The notes under the pieces are model-generated. The model saw nothing but the letters and a program-made list of their open reading frames with translations. It did no database searches and was not told the DNA's origin. The position numbers were made by a program, and so were the translations under genes. From positions 310,001 to 374,000 of the forward strand of contig JBEUKZ010000127.1 of NCBI GenBank assembly GCA_048128005.1: a stretch of 64,000 nucleotides of DNA, given 5' to 3'. Within the stretch, counting starts at the first letter, position 1. Each line of letters opens with the position of its first letter. The stretch comes from Veleropilina oligotropha (lineage: Eukaryota). Positions 1 through 13,300 of this stretch are shown here, in pieces.

Positions 1-1863
1 ACAAAACGGTTTTTCTGATCGCCTTAGCGTCGGGCAGGCGTTGTTCCGAGATTCATGCTTTCTCCTCCGAGCTATGAGATATACGATTCCAGTCAGACGG
101 GTCGGTGATACGGCGTCCTATTCTGGGCTTCCTAGCCAAGAACCACGGCCGAACGAGGACGCACCCGATGTTGTTATCCCCAAGCTAACGCTAGTCGGAA
201 GGCGCGACACAGACCGCTTCAATTGCCCGGTCCGGGCGCTTCGGTTCTACCTAGACAGACCCGTGATTTGCGGCAGGGAAAATTACGTTTATTCATATCG
301 TATTTGTCCACCTACACCCGCGACATTACGAGGACTACTGTTTCGCGGTGGATTTCACAGACAGTGATGTATACATCCGCTGTGACAACGACGACCGAAC
401 TATTTATCGGTCCGCGCACATGAAGTCCGGGCAAATTGCCGCGTCTGTAGCATTCCGACATAATTTAAATATCAATGCGTTACTTCAGGCTGGATATTGG
501 AAACACGCTAATGTGTTTGTCAAACATTATCTGCGGGACTACTCAACAAGTGCTGATGGCCTGAGCAGCTTACAGTGTGTTGCTGCACAAAGGGTTATTG
601 TTAGACCGAGGTCTTCTAATCAGTAAGTATTGTTCTCTGAATGATCATTTGCATATTTACTGACGCCATTTTATTTTTGTTGGCCAAACGGTGCTACGAA
701 AATTAACACCTATAAGGCAGTTCAATGTCTGTTCATTTCTTAAATCTAATTTAAGATTTTGTACTTTTCATGTCAGACCTGAGCAGTTGACAGCCAGATT
801 ACATTGAATTTAATAAAACAACTTTTATAATTTTGCACAAACCTTAAAAAAGATTGAGGTTCAATATTATTTTGTTCTTTGCTGTAATCGAACATACGAT
901 GTTCAATACATTAAAAAATGTTGATTCCTTAACATTTATTTTTAAGTAACATGTCGAACATTTTTGCTTCCTTAAAATTTATTTTAAGTGACATGTCGTC
1001 CATGTTAGCGTTCGCAAGTTGGTCATGCGAATTACTTATTAATATCGATTATTTATAATAATCTATTAATTCTTTGCTTTTGATTTAAAGCTTTCACAAC
1101 CTGTTAGGTTCCGTGTGCTTACAAATCCGACTGCATCCTCTGGCTACCGGCCTTCGGCCAGGAGTACCATTTGGCTGCCACTGGTCCATGGCACGTAAGA
1201 CCTACAGGGATTTATCCTTCCGGCCGTGCCTGGGGCTGATTGCACTTCCGTTCACCTCGTCCGACTCACACCACGGCGTATTCTCCCGGTAACACTGGTC
1301 GAAATTCTCGCTTGGTAAGAGTAGAATATAATACTCAGTAAAGATTCCACTCTAGGCGGACACAATCGACGCTTCATGCTGATTGAATTGGTGACAAGTA
1401 AGTCATTATCTTGTTTGGGTTTGTTGTAAGGAACGTCTTACCCACCTATCCAAGGTTATTCTGGCAAGAGTAAGGACGTAAGTATGTTTGTAACTATATA
1501 TGAGGTTTTAATGTAAACCTAATATTAGTATAAAACATACTTACGTCCTTACCACGATTACCCACCCTGCGTTTCGCATTCCTCCCCTCTACTACGTTCC
1601 TTTGTGGTTTTTGAACTTTGAATTGATGTCATGTGACTTCTATGGTTCAGAAGTCTCGCGAGACTTGGCGAGGTCTCGCGGGGGAACGTGGTGGAGGTGG
1701 AGCAGGGGAGGTAACCGTGGTACGTTTTTGCGTCTTTGACTTATTAATAGTGCATAACGTGACTTATTCACTGTTTCCGGTTGGCAATAATATTACTATT
1801 ATGGCAAGAGTAAGGACGTAAGTATGTTTTATACTAATATTAGGTTTACATTAAAACCTCATA
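1..1863 (+). mobile_element. 3' part of a DIRS1-like tyrosine-recombinase retrotransposon (YR remnant, internal complementary region, right terminus); 5' part lies outside the window
   Basis: YR motifs at 3-626. 1499-1552 is the exact reverse complement of 1810-1863 (54 bp), and 1462-1489 is directly repeated at 1802-1829. This is the ICR plus right-ITR/extension layout of DIRS1-like elements. Confidence 0.85.
3..626 (+). pseudogene. DIRS-type tyrosine recombinase, C-terminal catalytic region, frameshifted
   Basis: Frame from nt 3 reads KTVFLIALASGRRCSEIHAF. Other frames give CPVRALRFYLDR, RLFISY...TVSRWI and AASVAF...LLQAGYWKHANVFVKHYLRD, all typical DIRS YR blocks, spread over several frames. 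Confidence 0.8.
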
Positions 1864-2008
1864 ATAACTACATCATAACAAACTAAATATTATGTTTATT
1901 TTTACGGGATTCTGTTTAAATACTAATGTAAACATAAGGATTGAACTACAGTTTGGTTGCGTTTATGCTGGTATGAATGAAAGCAGCAATTACATACCGC
2001 GCTCCATA

Positions 2009-4718
2009 GAATACAAATACAAATATACAAATATTTAATTTGGTATATCGCGTTTTACGATAAAAATCTTCAAAAGCGCTTTACAAGAAATGTGAACAAA
2101 TAGAATATAAATGCAGGAGAGATTAAAATTGATCAAACATTTTTGCTTTTAGTTTGCTTTTAAAAACATTGTCACTGTCTGCTTGCTTGATGTTGTTTGG
2201 TAGTCTATTCCACCATATAGGTCACGGGCCGCTTCGGCAGCGTAGTGGGTAGAGTGTCCACTCTAACTTCACTGGCTTGATTCTGCTAATGCGAACAGTA
2301 GTGGGTTCAATACCTGGCAGAGGCATTGGAATTTGTTCAAGTTATGAATCACAGTTGTCCGTGATTGCCCGAAGAGGGCGGGTTTACCCGGGCGACCGGG
2401 GTTTCCTCCCGCGATAACACGGACATGTCCTGCCTTGAACCTCGATGTTGTAAATATACAGGACATTAAGCATAATTCCTCCTCCATATAGGTCCTTGAA
2501 CACTGAAGGATCGGTTTGCAAACGTTTTTTTCTGAATTGTTGGAACTTCAAGCTTTTTGTATATGCTGCTAGATCTGAGAGTTCGAGAGGGATTGCTTAG
2601 AGTCAACATGGATCTTACGTATTGAGGGGCTGCATTGTTTAGTGCCTTGTACACCAGAACTAGAATTTTGAACTGTATTCGTAATTGAATTGGGAGCCAG
2701 CGGAGTTTCTTTAAACACTCAACATTCCGCAGACCCTCAGCTTCTCTTCCCAGTACTACACTTGCAGCTATATGTTGCACTCTCTGCAATTTGGCGATGG
2801 CTGTCCGCGGGAGACCAATGAAGATGGCGTTGGCGTAATCGAGATGAGATATTACGATTCCTAATGCTAGTGTCTCTGCGGCGTCTTTGGTAATGGTTGA
2901 TCTGATAGACTTAATTCTATGGATCCCATACATCGCGGTTTTACATTTCTGTTTAATGTGCTGATTCAGTGTTAATTCTTCGTCCAGAGTCACACCCAGG
3001 TACTTGATACTTGGTGATCGATGTACGGTATCACCGTTGACGTTGATATATGAAGTCGTACATTTCTGTAGCTGTTTCCTGTGACCAAATAGTATAAATT
3101 CTGTTTTAGATGAATTCATTTTTAACCGCTTTGCATCAATCCACAGTTTAATAGAAAATGCATTGTCTTCGAGACTTTGTATCGCTATTTTTTCCTGATT
3201 TATGTTGCTTGCACAGAAAGATTTCCGAAGTGCATGGTCATCTGCGTATCCATGTATCCCTATGTCACTACTCACTTCCTTTTCCATTGTTGAAGCATAT
3301 GCTAGGTACACCACGGGGCCAGCACATGATCCCTGAGGAACGGAAAATAGAAGGTCTTTTTTAGAGTACTGATCTCCAACATTTACAACACAGCTTCTAG
3401 GTCTCAGATAGCTGTCGAACCACTGTAGTGCATCTGACTGGATTCCAAAGTTGACCTTGAGGACATCAAGTAGCACATCATGGTTCACAGTGTCGAATGC
3501 GGCACTGAGGTCGATCGCCATCAATGCAGTGACTTCCTGTTTTTCCTTAGCCCATAGCATCTCATTCATAAGCTTAACCAGTGCAGTCTCACAACTGTAT
3601 CCAGTTCTGTAAACAGATTGATAATCCGGCATTAGGGGGTGACTTTCACAGTGTCGTATGAACTGAAGAAGTACAGCTTTCTCCAGGACTTTAGAGAGAA
3701 ATGTGAGGTTGCTCACAGGTCTATAGTTACCGCAGATTAGGTCTAAACCAGATTTTTTAAGCAGTGGACGGACGATTGCTTTTTTCCATGATGATACAAA
3801 AACGCCCTGTCGAGGCGAGCAGTTAACGATCTTAGTGATGATACTTATCACAGAATCCAACACTTCCTACAGAATCTTGGTTGGCATTGCGTCGATTTCA
3901 CATGATTTGTTTGAAAGTGAGGTGATGATATTCCTGACATCCTTTTCTGACAGTTCTTGCCAGTGATCTAAAATGGGGACCTCTCTTTCGCTACTTGGTT
4001 GGTACAATGGAACGTAGTTTAGATTGTCTCGTATTGTGTCGATTTTCTGAAGGAAAAAGTCTGCGAATTCATCAGCCTGTTCGTTTTCAGTCTTGCCCTC
4101 GGGTAGAGGATTTAGTTTAACAACTGTGAGGTTATTGAATACTTGGTAGAGCTTTTTAGTGTCACCTTTACAATTTGTAATAAGTTCAGATTGAATTGGT
4201 TTCTTCTTCTCATTAAGTTTAAAATTGTAGCTGTTTCTGACTTTCTTCAGTGCGGTCCATTGATGATCTTCTCCATAGTGTCTGTAAATCCTTTCTCTCC
4301 TTCTGACTCTCGATCTACACTCTCTCAATTCATCCGTGAACCAATCTTTGTTCTGTCTGATAGTAATAGTCCTGGTCTTCTCAGGAACAAGAACGTCTAA
4401 CGACTGTTTCACAACGGAGTTGAATTCTGACACTATAGAGATTCAATGTCCTCTGTGTTGGGGTCAAAACCAAACATTTCGGCTAAAGCATTCACATCCA
4501 GTTTCTTGTAGTTGCGATTAGTGATGGTTTTTCTTTGTATGTTGTCTTTCTCGGCTCCCAGTGTTATTGACACTGAACAATGGTCGGAAATGAAAGCACC
4601 GATCTCACAGTTCTGAACTCTGATCGTACTCTGTGCTTCTGTCAGGGTGTGGTCAAGAATATGCCCTGTTTTGTGAGTGGGCAATTCAGTGAAGATGTAA
4701 TTGCTGCTTGCGTTCATG
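2009..4718 (-). mobile_element. 5'-truncated L2/CR1-group LINE (ORF2: end of endonuclease plus RT), disrupted, with a SINE inserted near its 3' end
   Basis: ORFs 4433-4717 (GHILDH...ISDH), 3867-4433 and 2466-3863 (NYRPVSNL, DLSAAFDTV, VPQGS, YADD, KYLGV). ORF2 resumes past the SINE as GPIWWNRLPNNIK...FKSKLK. L2-like 3' end TGTAAAGCGCTTTTG...GCGATATA followed by a (TATTTG)n tail at ~2009-2085. Confidence 0.9.
2224..2483 (+). mobile_element. tRNA-derived SINE, family A, with 11-bp target-site duplication
   Basis: A-box-like TAGTGGGTAGA and B-box GGGTTCAATACC; core GGGTTTACCCGGGCGACCGGGGTTTCCTCCC. CCATATAGGTC is duplicated at 2213-2223 and 2484-2494. Several homologues elsewhere in the window. 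Confidence 0.85.
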
Positions 4719-5087
4719 CCAGCATAAACGCAACCAAACTGCAGTTCAATCCCTATATGGGGACATATCCATATAATTCATATAGTGACAGGCAATTTCC
4801 AAATAAATGGGAAAAACTTGGATTGCGCCCAGCAGTTGTCCTTAACAAAACATTTAACAAAGTGTCAGACTCCTTTGTGTGGAAGAGTCCACTATTTCAT
4901 AACATGCCCATGAGATGATATCATGGGAAATTTAACAGGTTACAACTTGAATTTTACATGGTATGTATGACAAATAAGACCTGCCCCCCTAGGCAATATC
5001 CATATAATGTTATGCCTGATATCATCAACAGGCATTTGGCTAGTTCTCCATACCTGCATCCTCCATCATGATCTTGGCTGCTCGTCC

Positions 5088-5910
5088 TTTTTATGCCACC
5101 ACCAATTTATTGGGGTGGCATTTAGATTTACTCTTGTCCGTCCCGTCCGTCCGTCCCGTCCCGTCCGTCCCGAAACCAGTATTTGCGTGTAAGCAACTCC
5201 AATCTGCTATAACTTCTATTTGCCTTCATGGATTGACTTGATACTTTGTACACTGCCCCTATGGTCAATGCTGCCCCTATGGTCAAGGCTGCCAGTGGGG
5301 GCATTCGTGTCCGATGGACATATTTCTAGTTTGCATCTGCAATTCATGGGCTCCCATACAAAGACTTTGTTTGATCGTAGCTCGAGGTTTCTGTGCCGAT
5401 GTCCAGCATGGTGCAGCAGTCGTGATTTGATTTTTGGCCCGCCTGATAGGCAGGGCTATATAATCGTGGACTGGTGTCCGCTGATCGCTTTCTGTCACAT
5501 AGAAGACGAACCGCTGGACCTACGTTTTTCAGATTTGGTATACACCTTGTATACCATCAGGCCTTGCGTAAGTTTGGGTCAAAGGTCAGGGTCATTTTCG
5601 TGTTTTTTCGTTCTAATAGACTTGGAAGATAGATTTCTGTCACATAGAAGACGATCTGCTGGACCTAAGCTTTTCATATTTGCTTTACACCTTGTGTACC
5701 ATCAGGCCTTGCCTAAGCTCAAAGATGGGGTCACTGGGTCAAAGGTCAAGGTCATTTTCGTGTATTTCGGTTCTTGACTTGGAAGATTGCTTTCTGTCAC
5801 ATAGAAAGCAAACCGCTATATACCTACACATTTCATATTTGGTATACACCTTGTGTACCATCAGGCCTTGCTTAAGTTCAAAGTTGGGGTTAAAGGTCAA
5901 GGTCATATGA
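5088..5910. mobile_element. HINE/Helentron-associated-like non-autonomous element(s)
   Basis: TTTTTATGCCACC...GGTGGCAT subterminal inverted repeat, (GTCC)n microsatellite, 3' hairpin TGTCCGATGGACA...TCTAGTTT (~5331), then ~3 degenerate repeats containing GGTCAAAGGTCAAGGTCA (5490-5910). Confidence 0.55.
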
Positions 5911-6049
5911 ACTGTTGTAAAGTATATACTTTCTGGCAGTTACTATGAAATTTATTGTAGAGTTATTGATTATTTAATCTCTATGGATGTATTATATTCA
6001 AAAGGCGGGCCAGTATGAGGAACATGCCTCTAGTTCACTCACCAGTGGA

Positions 6050-6620
6050 ATGCAACTGTAGAGGTCTGCATTTGTCATGTTTTCGCATCATGATATATGT
6101 TGCACCATGCGGATCATTTTTGCGCAGCATCCAATGGGAGACCTTTCGTTGGGTTGGTAAGATTCAATGCCTCGCACCCATAAAGCAGGATCGTGCCGCA
6201 TGGGCTGTCAATGAATGCCAGATTCAGATTTTTGGAGATTAACATCCTTTCAAGTATTGGCACCCAGGTATTTAAACTCTTCCACGTTCTTGGGAAAGCT
6301 ACCTCGGATGGTTTTGATATGTGCATGTTCATGGATATTGTATAGCATATACTCTATTTACTTATCATTCAGATGAATCCCGACCTTTCAGCTTTCTGTC
6401 TCGACTACGCTGATTTGCTCAATGAGCTTTGTGGACCCTATGGCCACTGGCACGAAAATGACGCTTCCAAATTGTTTTTTGGAAAATTTCAAAATTCCGA
6501 TGACGGCCTGGCACGCACGTACGCCCTTGAAACGAAACCCCAAGCACACTTTCATGAGTAGTTCAATCTTTGAAACTCCACAATGTGTGTCTCTTCGTGC
6601 CACGTATATACCCCTGTCTG
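6050..6620 (-). pseudogene. Degraded non-LTR retrotransposon RT remnant (RTE-like)
   Basis: Minus-strand fragments LIEQISVVETES*KVGIHLN and ILLYGCEALNLT resemble RTE-clade ORF2 motifs; interrupted by stops and frameshifts. Confidence 0.45.
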
Positions 6621-7316
6621 CAAGTGTCAGGATGGCTTTACCCCTTTGTTATATTTCGTGGAATGTCATTGGTCATTGTGAAAGACATAAATCTCAGCGC
6701 AATCTGTTAGGTCACGTGTATTTGCAAAGGTATCAAATCAAACAGTGTTTACAAATAATCAAGATGACGTCATGAAATACTATGTGTGGTACTCTCACGA
6801 GGATACATAAAGACAGTCCGTCCAAAGAAGCACTACAAAGAGTCAGACTTAGACTGTATCAAAGAAAACCTGAAGCAGCAGAGCACTCACCTCCTGTGAA
6901 AGAGTCGGCGGGAGAAAATCAACAGTGCTAGAGAGCACAGGAAGGCCAATGCATGCATCTATACCAGTCGCTGCGGAAGTCCAGTGTCCACATTGTCCCC
7001 GAATGTGTGCCTCTAGGATTGGACTTGCCAGCTGCACTCGGGCCAATGATCGAAGATGGCAGGAATAACGATGTCATTGGATCGATGGTGGGCCAACACC
7101 CATTATTGGTTCACCGTTTCACGGAAAATGACATTCAATTATCAAATACATACTAGTATTAATATTTACCTCTACATACATTCACAATTTATTTAGATGA
7201 ATAAATGATATTAATACTACATTTGTTATTGTTTACACAAAGTTATAATAATTAACTGCATTATATAGCAGATATATATGAATCCCAGCACATAAATACA
7301 ACCATATGATGTATAT

Positions 7317-10300
7317 TTAGAAAACAGTTCTGCAGGTGGTGTTATGTCTCTGTGACGCAGGAAGCAAGTCCTCGTGCGGATGTGTCGATTTTAACATATC
7401 GCGGGTCTGAAAAACAAACGTTTGTTGGTTAAAGTTAAACATAGAGATATATATCCTTATTTAAAAGCCAAGAATGATAAATAGTCAACATGAGGGGTGG
7501 GGCAAACAAACAGATGCACTATATTTATGATACTTCAGCATACATACAAGTAGAATGGAGAGTTAAGATTATTTTATCTGACATAAAACACAGATATGAA
7601 TTAAAGCGATTCAAGAATTTTCACATGTTCAGCAAGTAATTCAGGCAATACCATTGACATTTTCAACATGTGCGCTTAAACGTACTCTAACAGTAATACA
7701 ATTTAATTTGGAATGAAAACAATCTGGATTTAGTAATACGTGAAAGGCCGTGTGTCTATTCATATGTGTTTGTTTTAATGACTTTACATACTGACCTTTT
7801 CCACGTCGCTAAAGACGCGGATTATGTTGGCACCCTTGACCAGTTCTAGATCATATCCAGACCACCCGTCTTTTGCTAATGCTTCAAACAACGCTGGATA
7901 TTTGGAAACGTCTTCTAGTCCATTTGGAGTTCTGTTAGGGAAACAGCACAGATAATAATGGAAATGTGTGAATAGCCCTTCGTAACATTCACAAAACAAT
8001 GAACTGGTCATTTAACCAAACCACCATTCTAACAGTTTCATCCGTGCATGTTTTAAATCCTAACGAAAATGCGCAACCACAAACTAGGCTATAATAATTA
8101 GGACTAATAGTTCACAATAAACTGATAAACGTTAACATTACTGAAGACGTTTCTATAGTTTGACCAATAGCTAAATGATGATGATGATGAATTAGTGTTT
8201 AGCGACCACGCCAACAGTATATCAGTTATAAATAGGGTCAATCAACTTTGAATGATGAAATGAATTGGTGCTGTGTGCAATGGAGGCAGTGATCATGGAA
8301 AAATCCCCGGAACTCCCGGGGATTGAACCCGTGACCTCCCGTTAGTAGCTCAGCACCGTATCCAATCGGCTATGCTGCCCCTCCAAATCGAAGTTACAAA
8401 AGAAAACGGCATAGGCCTATAAATATTATAAATATTTGTACTATGTAGTATCAACACGGTCCGGGTGTCGGATTTTATTCCGATAATAGCATGTGAATAG
8501 TGATGAGCGAGCTTGCCTGACATGATCGAAATAGTGCTACGGTAGTGACTATCACCGAGTGGTCCCTGTTATCACCCCTTCCCGTGTTCCTACGGATGAC
8601 AATATCGCGAAGCATCGCCTAAGTACCATATTGATTCGCGGAAATATGTCTATATTTGGTGTATATAAAAGGGAAGTGAGACTAGACTGCATGCTTACAT
8701 TTCAATTCCGTCAAAGTCGCCACCAATTCCCACGTGTTCCACACCAATCAGGTCTTTGATGTGATTCATGTGGTCTGAAATACAAATTGTTTTTCTGCTT
8801 TTACGCGTTAATAATAAATTAGTAGGAGGGAGGGAGGAATGATGCTTAATGTCCTGTATATTTACAACATCTAGGTTCAAGACAGGACATGTCCGTGTTA
8901 TCACGGGAGGAAACCCCGGTCGCCCGAGTAAACCCGCCCTCTTCGGCCAGTCGCTGACAACTGTGATCCATAACTTGAACAAATGTCTATGCCTCAGCCA
9001 GGTATTGAACCCACCACTGTTCGCATTAGCGGAATCAAGCCAGTGAAGTTAGAGTGGACACTCTTACCCACTGCGCTGCCGAAATTAGTAACTAAAAATG
9101 TATCACATCACAATAATGAACAACCAAGAGATGCTATTTTACATAATTAGCAAAATAGTCATGATTTTTCAATACATCAGTATGAAATTCATACCAGAAT
9201 CGGGAATTGAATGTAATTAAATTTTTAATAGTCGTGAACCTGACACCAATTACTGACTTACGGATGGACACTAGCCTGGTTAAAAATTATAATGAATTAG
9301 TGGGCACTTTCATCAATAGATCCTCATTTTGAATTTATTTGGACCTTTGTACGCTCAGTTCCACATATTTTTGGCCAGTTTGTTTTGACACTTTCTCAGA
9401 CGGCAACGTTAACATTTATGTCCGAAATATAACCAAGCATGTCATTGGTTCAAGGCTACGGTACTTTTTATGAAGATTCATAAATATTCTCCTGCTACCC
9501 TTGCCAACAGAGAAACAGCGGCACTTCAGTATAAATAAAAGTAGTAGTACTAAGTCGTTTTAATAGTGATTTCATTTAATGCAGATAAAATTCAACGGTC
9601 TAAACAAAAATGCCACATTGAATGATTTGTTGAATGAACACTTACTAACTTACGCAGGCCCCATTATTACGTTTCAATACGGATATTTTGATTGACGTTC
9701 GACGTTATCTATTTTGATCGTAGGATAAAATTAAATGTACCCATGACCATGCAATGGCGCCACTCACAGGGGACGGATTTCACAAAAAGCGAGAAAGAAT
9801 GTGTTATGGTAGCTATCATCTTCACCAAGAGCAACCTCACTTAAATTTATACATATTAATACTCACTGACCACCTGATCAATTGTTGCGTTGGGCTTTTT
9901 GTTTGGGTAGCAATTGACAAAATTCGGGTAAAAGTTCACCATAACAACTCCACCATTGGTTTTCTGCGAGATAAATGAATAAGCTCTAAAAGAGAGGACA
10001 CATCATCGCAAGTTCGGACCAGATGAATGCAACGATGTTCTCAGCAAACCCATTTCTTTCAATACAAATGGTTTTCTAACTTTAGCATGACAATTTTGGA
10101 TCTAGTATTTCGCAATAACATTATAATAGTAAAATAAATTGACATAATTTTACTTTATTCAACATATGCGCATCTCATTCTGACATAGATCATATCTCCA
10201 GTCACCATTATATGGTGGTAGATTGTTGAAATGAACTTTAAACGCCAAAATATTTTTTGTCATAACCGAAACGTTGAATGCAAAGACACGTGCGTGTTAG

Positions 10301-13300
10301 TAGCCTACGCTCCAACACACGATCGAGCGCGCAGAGACTCGTTGTAAGCATACCACCAGTTTGATGACGTCGTCTTGTACGTTGCGGTAGTGGTGGCAGA
10401 TGGCATACGCTGACGAATGGCTGAACATGACCGGTGCCTTCGAGACGCGCAATGCGTCGCGCATGGTATCAGCCGAGACGTGGGAAAGATCGACGATCAT
10501 TCCTAGTCTGTTCATCTCCAATACAACCGTCTGAAATGGATATGCATTGAAGTACTTGTAGGCCTATTGGATAATTTGAAAGTTTAATAATGTGCTAAAT
10601 GGTTAGAGTAGAAGTTCCCTATTTTGTCCAAGCGAAGTAGAAAGAAATACCCCCTATGAAAAAAATGTTTCTCGGATCCTTTGGGAACGGCACCACGCAA
10701 AGTAAAAGTATTCTACCTGGAATTGTTCACAATCGGAATGACACAGAAGAGCAGATAAAGAGGACCTCTATGTCTCATCGTCAACTCATATTCAATGTAT
10801 CCACTTACGTGACAAACTGCGTCTGAAATTAAATTGTCTGTTTAAGACCTACGCAATTGTCTGAGCCAATAATTTGCGCTGTCGTCGTATCACTTCACAA
10901 AACGACCCAGACGTAACAGGTGCACGAGTCATCTCCGGTGACGTGTTCAATAGCTATTCACAGATGAATCCAAATTTAATCTCCAGTTCTACGACGATCT
11001 GGTTCGTGTTAACAGAAATCCAAGAAAACTCTTCCCTAACGTCAAAGCTAAACAACGTTTCGTACCGGATCGATGGTGGGAGCAATGTGACATGGGGCGG
11101 CATCTGGATTCCTAGCTATCACATATGGCTCACATCAACGATTGGAAGCAGCTATCTGAACGATATTATCCAGCCCGTTGGTTCGCACACGCTTGTAACA
11201 GATTGGGTTCCCGCTGGACAACAATGCCAGATCTACGCGCTATGTTGATAACGGACCTTCTCCAGCAATGAAGGATCGCCAAGATGAATTGACCATCATA
11301 TTCGCCTGATTCATCTCCAATGAATAATATTGTGAATGTATTATACTTCATAAATATTTAACTGATTTAGTTATAAATCTTTAACCCTTTATTTTTTTTT
11401 CATTATACATGTTGTCGAGCGATATCACCGTAGCAACGATACGTCTGTTCTCCACCACATGACGTTACGCCTACGACCATCGTCTCGGAGTTAAATGTCA
11501 GAAGGTTCACAACGTTGCCTACCGTAACTACCAAGACGAAGACTGGACTACGAATTTGTCTTGTTGTTAATTTGAATAATAATTTGCCATTCTATTAAAT
11601 GAACCTTTGGGACAGTGTTGTTTTTGTACTTTCCGAGCGAATCGCGTCATTGGCAGATAATACAACCTCTTTTACGGAAAGAGCCAATCGCTATCCGATC
11701 CCCATGGCGAACAACGATATTTGTCCACCGCATCAGAAAATAACGTTGCTCTAATGGGTGATAACAATATTAGTGTACGTAACGTTATCCCGTCAGAATA
11801 TATGATAATTATATTTACACGTATGCTGTCATAATTGTCATTCAAAACGGCATATGTAAGATGTATTGCGGGGTCTTACCTCTCCAAATGCGGTCAATCC
11901 ACCGTATTCTGAAGTATTATCTCTATCCGCCTTCCAATTGTCCGCCCTTTATATAACAATATTAAATGCTATGATTTATCATAGGCCTCCATAATATACA
12001 GCATTATGAATAATGAATAAATTGCTGCTGAATTTTGTTTTATATTAAGAAAATCGTGAAAATCTGACATACGGTAAAATTTAAATACTAGTATAAAAAC
12101 GTTAAACATAATAAGTATATAATGCCCGCATCAGTGATGAAAGGGATGTTAAGTGTGTGATCAGTGATGAACGGGATGTTAAGTGTGTGGCTGCAATTCA
12201 CTCGCCTGGTGTCTGATTAATAAAGGTAAAAACTTTGTATCTGGCCTGCGATGTCGAATTTTACTGAGCAACCGTGATTTCCTCCTCCATTAATAATTAT
12301 ATTATGTACATTTTCTGGTATGAACATGGACGGTGTTAAAACATAAGACACTGAACATCGATCTAAAACAACACAACCATACATATAATATTTTGTCGCA
12401 TCTGTTCAGCGGAAACGGTCATGGGAATGTTCGACCACTTCTGGATAGCTATGGTAAAAGATCAAACGCTCCAAACAACATCGCCATCTTGGCGTCATGT
12501 CAATAACGAATGAAACCTCTTCTTGCGTGCTCACAAGACAGTCTTCATATATCGTCAAGAGAACGTCAAGAGAACTTCTGATGTGGCAACATTTATGAAA
12601 TTTGAAATCCGTTCACGTTCACGTTGTGAAATTTCTATCTAATAAATAAAACTTATAAGGTTTTGTTTTATATGGATGGTTTAAAATTCGCTTTACAATT
12701 GGCCAGGGTCTATTAACTGTGTCAACCATCTTATCGAGAACATATGATCCTTTGTCCAGGTCTTTGTCTCAGATATGGGCGTTGCTATTTGCGCCATATG
12801 GATTCGTGGGAGAACTTCGAAAGTGAACTCTGATAGTGTGCGATTAACAAAACGTCTATGCTAGCAGAATAAAGTAAATGTGCATTGTTTAAATATTTAA
12901 AATGAAATGACACAAAACTGCAAAATTATCGCACATTGTTAATGGTGATTTGCTTAGTACTCTTACTGAGTCGGTCGCTCTGACAGTCGTATGATAAGAT
13001 TATACACTGCCTTTATGCTACAATCGTGTGGTTTTGATTGCAGACTCTAAAATCACGAACAGTAGTGGGTTCGAATCTCGATTGGGACATTGGAATTATT
13101 TGTTCAATTATGACTCACACTTGTCCCTAACTTTTCGGAGAGGGCGGGTTTCCCTGGACGATTATATATGAACATGTCCTGCTTTGAACCTGATGGTTGT
13201 AAATATGCAAGACATTAAACATCGATACAATCCAATCCAATATCTCCGGGTCAGTATGCACCATTTTCAGGTGCGCCTTGCGTTGTTGGACCAGCATGGG

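Noticed and set aside
8305..8381. SINE heads as functional tRNA genes (also 24614, 41530, 2224)
   Set aside because: Their stems pair poorly and each continues into a SINE body and tail.
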